Source: Tubiluchus corallicola (Eukaryota; Animalia; Priapulida). Taken from it: DNA of 64,000 nt. Shown here piece after piece: positions 57,556 through 64,000 of the stretch; position 1 is the stretch's first letter; each line of letters opens with the position of its first letter. The stretch is from the NCBI GenBank assembly GCA_030141605.1, contig JAQGDQ010000188.1, forward strand, positions 1 to 64,000, read 5' to 3'. A program made the translations under genes and the position numbers. A model generated the notes under the pieces. It was given only the letters and a program-made list of their open reading frames with translations. It did not search any database and was not told the origin of the DNA.

Positions 57556-59437
57556 TATTTGAGCATCATCCACTTTTTTACGAGCACCATTAATTTTTAT
57601 AATCTAATTGAAAAATGTCCAGAGAGTCCTGCCTGTTAAGTCAAGACTGGGCATATGTGGAATCACAGGATGAAAACATTCTGCTAGTGCATGTTTAAAA
57701 TTGTGTAGATACGGTTCTTTCAAATTAACTAACAATCAGTAACGCATCTTGAGGAACACTAAGTTTTCCGATCAAATTAAATTTTTTTCTTAATGAAGTT
57801 AAGTATAAGAGGATCTTGAATATTTTTTGATGAATCATGCGATGTGTACGTGTTATATTACATTTATATCATTACAGGTTTTAAAACTGGAAACATAAAT
57901 TATTGAATACGTTCATTCACGCCAAAAGCTACCGTTAATTTTCTCATTGCATCCAATGTTTCACTAGATCGCCACCAGAGTGTCGGACGCACCATATTAT
58001 GTAAATCAGACTATATTAATGCTCTGGATAAACATGCTTATGCATTTTAACGAATTATGGATATGGGTGAATTCGTCAAAATAAAAAAAAACTGAATTTC
58101 AGTTACGGAAGTCAACTTTTTGACATACAAAATCGGAAAGTGCATGCAGGGTCTATACACCTGACTGCACATGACACGGCAAAAATGAATTAAACGCTAA
58201 AGTGCCAAAGTGTGACACTCCTTCATGTGCCTTATTTTGCTTAAAGAACCGAGTGATTTAGTTGTTTATAATAATGCCAAGGCCACGCAAAATCCATCTT
58301 TATGCATCGCTGCCGGCATTTTAGTCCGCATAACATTTTTTACATTTTTGGCTTTTGCCAACAAATTTGTTAAAATATTTGTTGAAAAATATTAAATGAA
58401 ATAAATGAATGCATAAATTAGGCGATTGTGATCGTTTTCTTGTACTTTTTTATGTCTTGTGTAATGTATCATACACGAATAATTATTATAATTATTACGA
58501 GGAAACCTCACGATATGTTCGAGGTGCAAATACTTTTCCGATGTAAAGAAAACATTTCAACATAAAAAGACGAAAGTGAAGACAACTATAACTTACTTGA
58601 AACTATTGTTAGGTACATTTGTTCTTACACTGCATTTCAGTTTATGCATACCGCCAACTTTCTAGATGCTCAATAAGCCACATACCCGCTTTAGCCCAAT
58701 TCGGTCATTTAAATATTATTAATTATTGTCTAATGCCAAGTCTTCATTATTCGTGTACTTTTCCTGCGTTATGGCGTTTAAATTATATAGAGCGGTTTGT
58801 ATAAAGTGTAAAGAATCCACTTTACACATCAAGTGTAAAGAACGGTGTGCAATTTCTTGTTATAACCTCTAGTGAACATGCACACTTTTAGATACCATTA
58901 TGGCATACAGCAGGGTCAAGCAATTAAGTGACCAATAATACTTTAAAAATACATCACATTATTGAAGGTTTTCTTACTTTCTGTAGACAAAAAAAAAACA
59001 AATATCCTTTCGCCTAAAAGACAAAAGTAAAATAGAGACGAGAAACTTGAAAGTTTTTCTCAGCCTGTCAAATATAATGCAGATTGAGAGCAAAAGTTTA
59101 AAAGGGAAAGAATCTAAAAACTAAGACAGTGACAGCTAAGCGAAGTCGCTGAGAAAAGCTGCGAAATCCAGTCTGTTTATCATTTACGAGTCGCGAAAGC
59201 AAGAATTATCGTCATTTACTGATTTACATCAATCAGCGCTGGAATACATGTGACATCAGCTAGGAGGCTCGACACCACGTACACACCAGGTCAACGTTCC
59301 ACGAAGCAACCAAAAATAACTCTCAGGCTATCTACATCGTCAGCAGGCACTATAACTGAGCTAACATCACTTAAGAAGTTTTGCACTTCAGTCTTGGACC
59401 TAAACTTACTGATAGCCAACATAATAAGAACCACGAC

Positions 59438-59489
59438 CACGTGAAATTGTGACGTCACCCCAATAGTTAGGCTATGATAAATGACGTCA
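59438..59489. promoter_or_regulatory. E-box / CRE / CCAAT / CRE cluster
   Basis: CACGTG (59438), TGACGTCA (59450), CCAAT (59460) and TGACGTCA (59482) lie within 52 bp. Confidence 0.45.
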
Positions 59490-61480
59490 CTGCCTCAGCT
59501 AAAATGGTAGACGGTCTTATTCTGGCAGGTGCCATAGTTTCAAGCATCGTGTGATTTCTACTTAGTTTTGCTAATCTAACGAGGCCACTTAGAACATTTT
59601 TGTATCTGTTCTTTCGAAAAACATAAATAGCCCCATTTACAAAGAAGCTGCACAACGTGGGTTGTTCACATTTTCGTAAATTCGTGGCTGTAATTTACCC
59701 AAGAATCTTGTTACAGAAAGTGAATAGTGATGAAGCAAAGTAAACATTATGGCAGTCATTCGAAGCCAGTCAGCCTGAAAACAAACCAGTAACTTCATTT
59801 ACACACGCAAACGAAATTTGATTTGGAAGTTAAATTCTTGTAGTTTTGAAAAAGCCAAACTCACATTACACTACCAGCGTTTGTTACCCAACGTTTAAGC
59901 TCTTCCTAGATTTCGTTGGATACTTTTTTCATTTTGCAATCTGGGCTATGATTTTCCTCAAACACGATTTGTTTTGACTGCAATTATTGGCTATCAACTG
60001 ATGATCAAAAGTTGTCATTTCGACACGTCTTGAAACATTTTAATAAAATTTAACCTGAGCAAAATGTCAGCATTTATTGATGATGGTTTTAATGCAACAT
60101 TTTCTTTATTGCGCTGTTACTCTACAGTTCTTGTTGCCGTGCTGATGTATATGCAATATGCAATATTACCAATCAAAAATAACTCATGATTGTAATGCAA
60201 GTAAAAAGTCCAGTCTACCGGGTCCCGTTCTGAATCTTTAAAGGATGGTTACTACGCACACCCGCCGCATAACCACAAACACACGCATTGAGCTCGTGCG
60301 GGCGATAAGCAATTCTAGGCAGTATGAGGAACTGCCAAAAAGACGCACTATTGGCATTGAAGGATGCCCGTCACTGCCACGAATAAATATGTCAAATTGG
60401 CAGCCATTTTTGATTCCACCTTCACTACCTATAGAAACGGTTTCTGCCTTGTTGTACAGCTTCTATGTGAGAGACAACCCTATATATATGTGTTCCGTTA
60501 GCGCAAAAAGAAACCCGTACTTTAGAGTGCGGTTAGATGCTGGTACAGGTACAATAAAATAGGTCTACTTAACTAGGGAATTTTTTTTGCTTCTTTGGGA
60601 TTTTTTGATTCTTTGAACGCATTAACCCTTTGGATACGTCAATGGATGTTAAAATTCCTTCATAAGCATTTTGAAAAATTAATTTTTTCTAGTCGATAAG
60701 TTTAAAATCGTCGTAAATTATTAAAAAAGCTAGTCTATCGAACAGCGTAAGTGCTTCCCAAGCTGCCGTTCTTATATAACTAAAAGCAAATGACTGTTTC
60801 ACGTGTATCAAATATTTCGTTGCATAATGCATTAACACGCACTCCGAATATTTAACCACTTTAACCAATCATCGTCTCATATGCTATTGTGACTTCAAAA
60901 GTTGTTTCTAGAATTGAGCCATTCAGTTTTACACTCATTAGAATAGACTTATCAGTTAGCCTGTAAGGAAAATTGCAACTACGTCTTTTAATTTTGCCAA
61001 GAGCCAACAAACATACAAAAAGCAATTATATCCGAACCTAGCAAGCAAAATGGATCGCAACACATGGCAAAAAGTTTCAAATCTTTCGTGCAGAGACACA
61101 TAAATATCCAGTGATCGTATGTTTATGCAACATTCCTTGCACTCGATGATGAACTAACTTTAACCCTTTTTACCTCTGCTGCAAAGTTTCAGCGTCAGAG
61201 CTCCCGTCTGTCATGAGTGAATTATTTCCTTTTGGTATACCAATAGAGAAAATTCAGCAAATATACAGTACGACTAGGATTATCTTGTTTAATACTTATT
61301 TGGTTTTCGTTTCTTTACTAATATCTTCTCTATAAAGTAACTTGCAATCTTAGTAAAAGAATAAGAAATAGCTTCGGATGCAGGCGAGAAAACTCAGTGT
61401 GAACAAGCACAGCACGGATCACAGAATGGCTAGTTAAACTGTTAAAGACAGCAATTTCAAGAAAAAATTTTTGAATACGA

Positions 61481-62323
61481 AGGGATGTTCGGAGTCTGGG
61501 CCAATATGATCCCGACCCCCGAATCTCGATCTTGAATTTCTTCAAATCCAGAACCCCGTTTTCGAACTAAATTCTGTTCCCGAACATCGTTCTTGTACTT
61601 GTAATCCCGTGATTCCCGTCCCGACCCTTAACGTTAAAAGTTTAAGTTTGAAAAAAGTAAGTCTATTTTAGTTTTTCCACACATATGAAAAAATGAGCCA
61701 TTTATCAAGTTATTCGTCGCCTAAATTTTGTCATATGGCATTTTAATTAAGATTTTGTTAACCATAATGGTATCGCTTGATTGTTACCGATACAATTTGC
61801 AAAAATAGTTTGCGTTATTCTTGTTTTACAGTACTGCTCCTTGTATCTTTCCAATCTAAATATCACCCACGGATAAAAAAAAACTGTTACGTTTACTCAT
61901 CAAAATCATCTTTGTGAAGAAGTATGCAGGCTTCGAGCAAGATCTGATTGTGTAGACACTTCAGGAAAATGAGGAATATTACTTCTGCACGGCGCAAATA
62001 AACATTTTATCTTGGGGTAGGGTAACCACTGGCAAAGTAATGCTTTTTTTTGCTAGCAAGAAGCTGTGTGTGCGGATGGAATCTCTTCATAGTAAGACAA
62101 GATTTTTTCATCCAGGATTCTAGGCATCTATAAGAAATAAGCTGAAGCTAAAATTTCGGAATTTCGCTATAATTTTCTTATCTCCATTTACTATAATAAT
62201 ATTCACTATATTGATGGTTCCGGTGTTGTTGGGAATCCCGATCCCGAACATTTCGTCCCGAACACCTCGAACTCAATTTCCCAAACCCGAACTGCTAATC
62301 TCGACCCGATCACCACACACTCT
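61481..62323. mobile_element. Degenerate hAT-like MITE with CCCGA subterminal repeats
   Basis: Clusters of CCCGA motifs at both ends and AGGGATGT / AGAGTGTG-like termini. No TSD seen. Confidence 0.4.
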
Positions 62324-64000
62324 TCATGTGCAGCGACAAAAAGATTGCGATCAATTTATAATGACAGTTATCACAAGGAAAAACCCAAACACTAGTAATT
62401 CTGAAAAAAAGTGTAGGGCTAAGACTTTGTCCGCGTATTCCTCAGTATATCTTTCGTGCGTATCAGGTTACAGTTCCGATGCACAGAATTACGCCTACAC
62501 CGAGTTTAACCTTTATCAGGGATGCTTTTTGTGATAAGTTTTGATAGTATTATGTTCACTCTATAACAATTCAGAAATATTTCTGTTCTCCGTCACGATT
62601 GGTGCTCATGCTTACAAAGTCTGTCACGCGCATTTATTGGTTTATAACAGCCTGAGTACTAGATTTCAGTGAATTAGCCTAAACTGCAGCTTAGGTTTGG
62701 ACTTGAGATTGGATTAGCACAATTACCAATTTTCACACTTACCACTTGAGTTTTATTCCATTAATATCATGTTTTCTTTAAATAGGCCTACGTGCACAGT
62801 TTGCTACGCTGCAAGCCAATAATGTTATTATTTTTATTGCACAATACTTGGTAAAAAAAAATAGCGTAGCCGTGGGACAGGCCTGTACAAATGCACACCA
62901 AATTCCTCTTTTAAGAAGCGATTGCCCCTTGTCTTGAACAAGTACCAGTACCATTTGGGTCATAAATAAAGTTATACATAAGAACTTTTGACAAGTTAGG
63001 CAGTTAAACATAGCAATTCCTTGGTAAACTTATCAAATAAAAGTTAACTGTCTAATACTCGTATGTAAGCATTTGTATCTTAAGGCAAAATTGTTCCTGG
63101 CTCATCTGCAAGCTTTTCTGTGGCAGGAGCTAGTTCTTTCTACAGTATAGCATTTTAATACTGGGGTAAGGACTTAGACAAAATAAAGGTTAACCTAACT
63201 CACTATTGTATTTGTATGTTATAGGGCTTAATGATCAGGCGTTTGAGTGTCACTGTGCCTCCCAAAAGTCAGCTTTTGCTTTTCTTCTTTTTTCTCATAG
63301 ATGACTGCAACAACAACAACAGTAACACAACAACGTGATGTACAAGACCGAATGAATGTAAAATGTTAAACGAAATCGCTCGTAAGGCCAACGTATTCAA
63401 ACTTCAAAGCCATACGCGCACGAAATGCTAAAAGTTTAAGTTAAGAATAACAAAACCATCTGACTCCATTACACACAAGCAGTTTGGGAATGGTACACAA
63501 ATAGCTTCAGACTGATAGTGGCCATCCCTTTTCTTGTTCCAAATATAAAGAAAGGTCATAAATCCTAACGTGCTAAATTCTTGAGCTCACAAATTCCTAA
63601 GAAATTAAAACATGATTGGGTATGATTTCAATCAGTAATGCGTAAACACTTACTGAACTATTTAATTTCTGTATCATTAAATACAAGTATGATGTCCAAT
63701 GAATTTATTTTCTATTTAGTCTGATTTCTATTCCTTGGTCAGTTTGACAACTTACGATTACTGTATCTCTCACCACAGATTTATAGAATTATTTAAATCT
63801 GTACTAGTTGTTAAATCAATGTAGTACATATTGTAATTTTTGTTTTTATATAAAAGGTATTTTAAAAGTATATAAACTGTATAGACAAATTGTAGATTAA
63901 ACGAGCACATATAGAGAAAACTATGCGCTAGACCAATTAAACATAATGTTGCATTAACCTATGCATGTCTCCAGTAGCCTTAAAACTTAAGAGCCTTAAA

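Overview
AT-rich, intron-containing metazoan genomic DNA, most likely a protostome invertebrate (the KCTD protein resembles Drosophila Tiwaz). The left ~44 kb holds five spliced genes reconstructed by hand: the 3' end of DGAT1 (+), a complete KCTD1/KCTD15 (Tiwaz-like) gene (-, with a GC-AG intron), a two-exon SAFB/SLTM gene (+), a DUSP3/VHR-like phosphatase (+) and the first three coding exons of EXT1 (+). This part is dense in young tandem arrays (about 6.8 kb), several amplified directly out of functional sequence: a KCTD exon/5' splice-site junction, the DUSP terminal exon, and an old RTE-X ORF. Mobile elements include a 5S rRNA-headed, RTE-tailed SINE nested in a hAT MITE, piggyBac and other MITEs, and a 5'-truncated RTE-X with an open ORF inside a long (GA)n tract. 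Right of that tract (46-64 kb) I could not find the remaining EXT1 exons. Only minus-strand splice signals, MITEs and regulatory-like motifs are visible there. Family assignments come from remembered motifs, not database searches.
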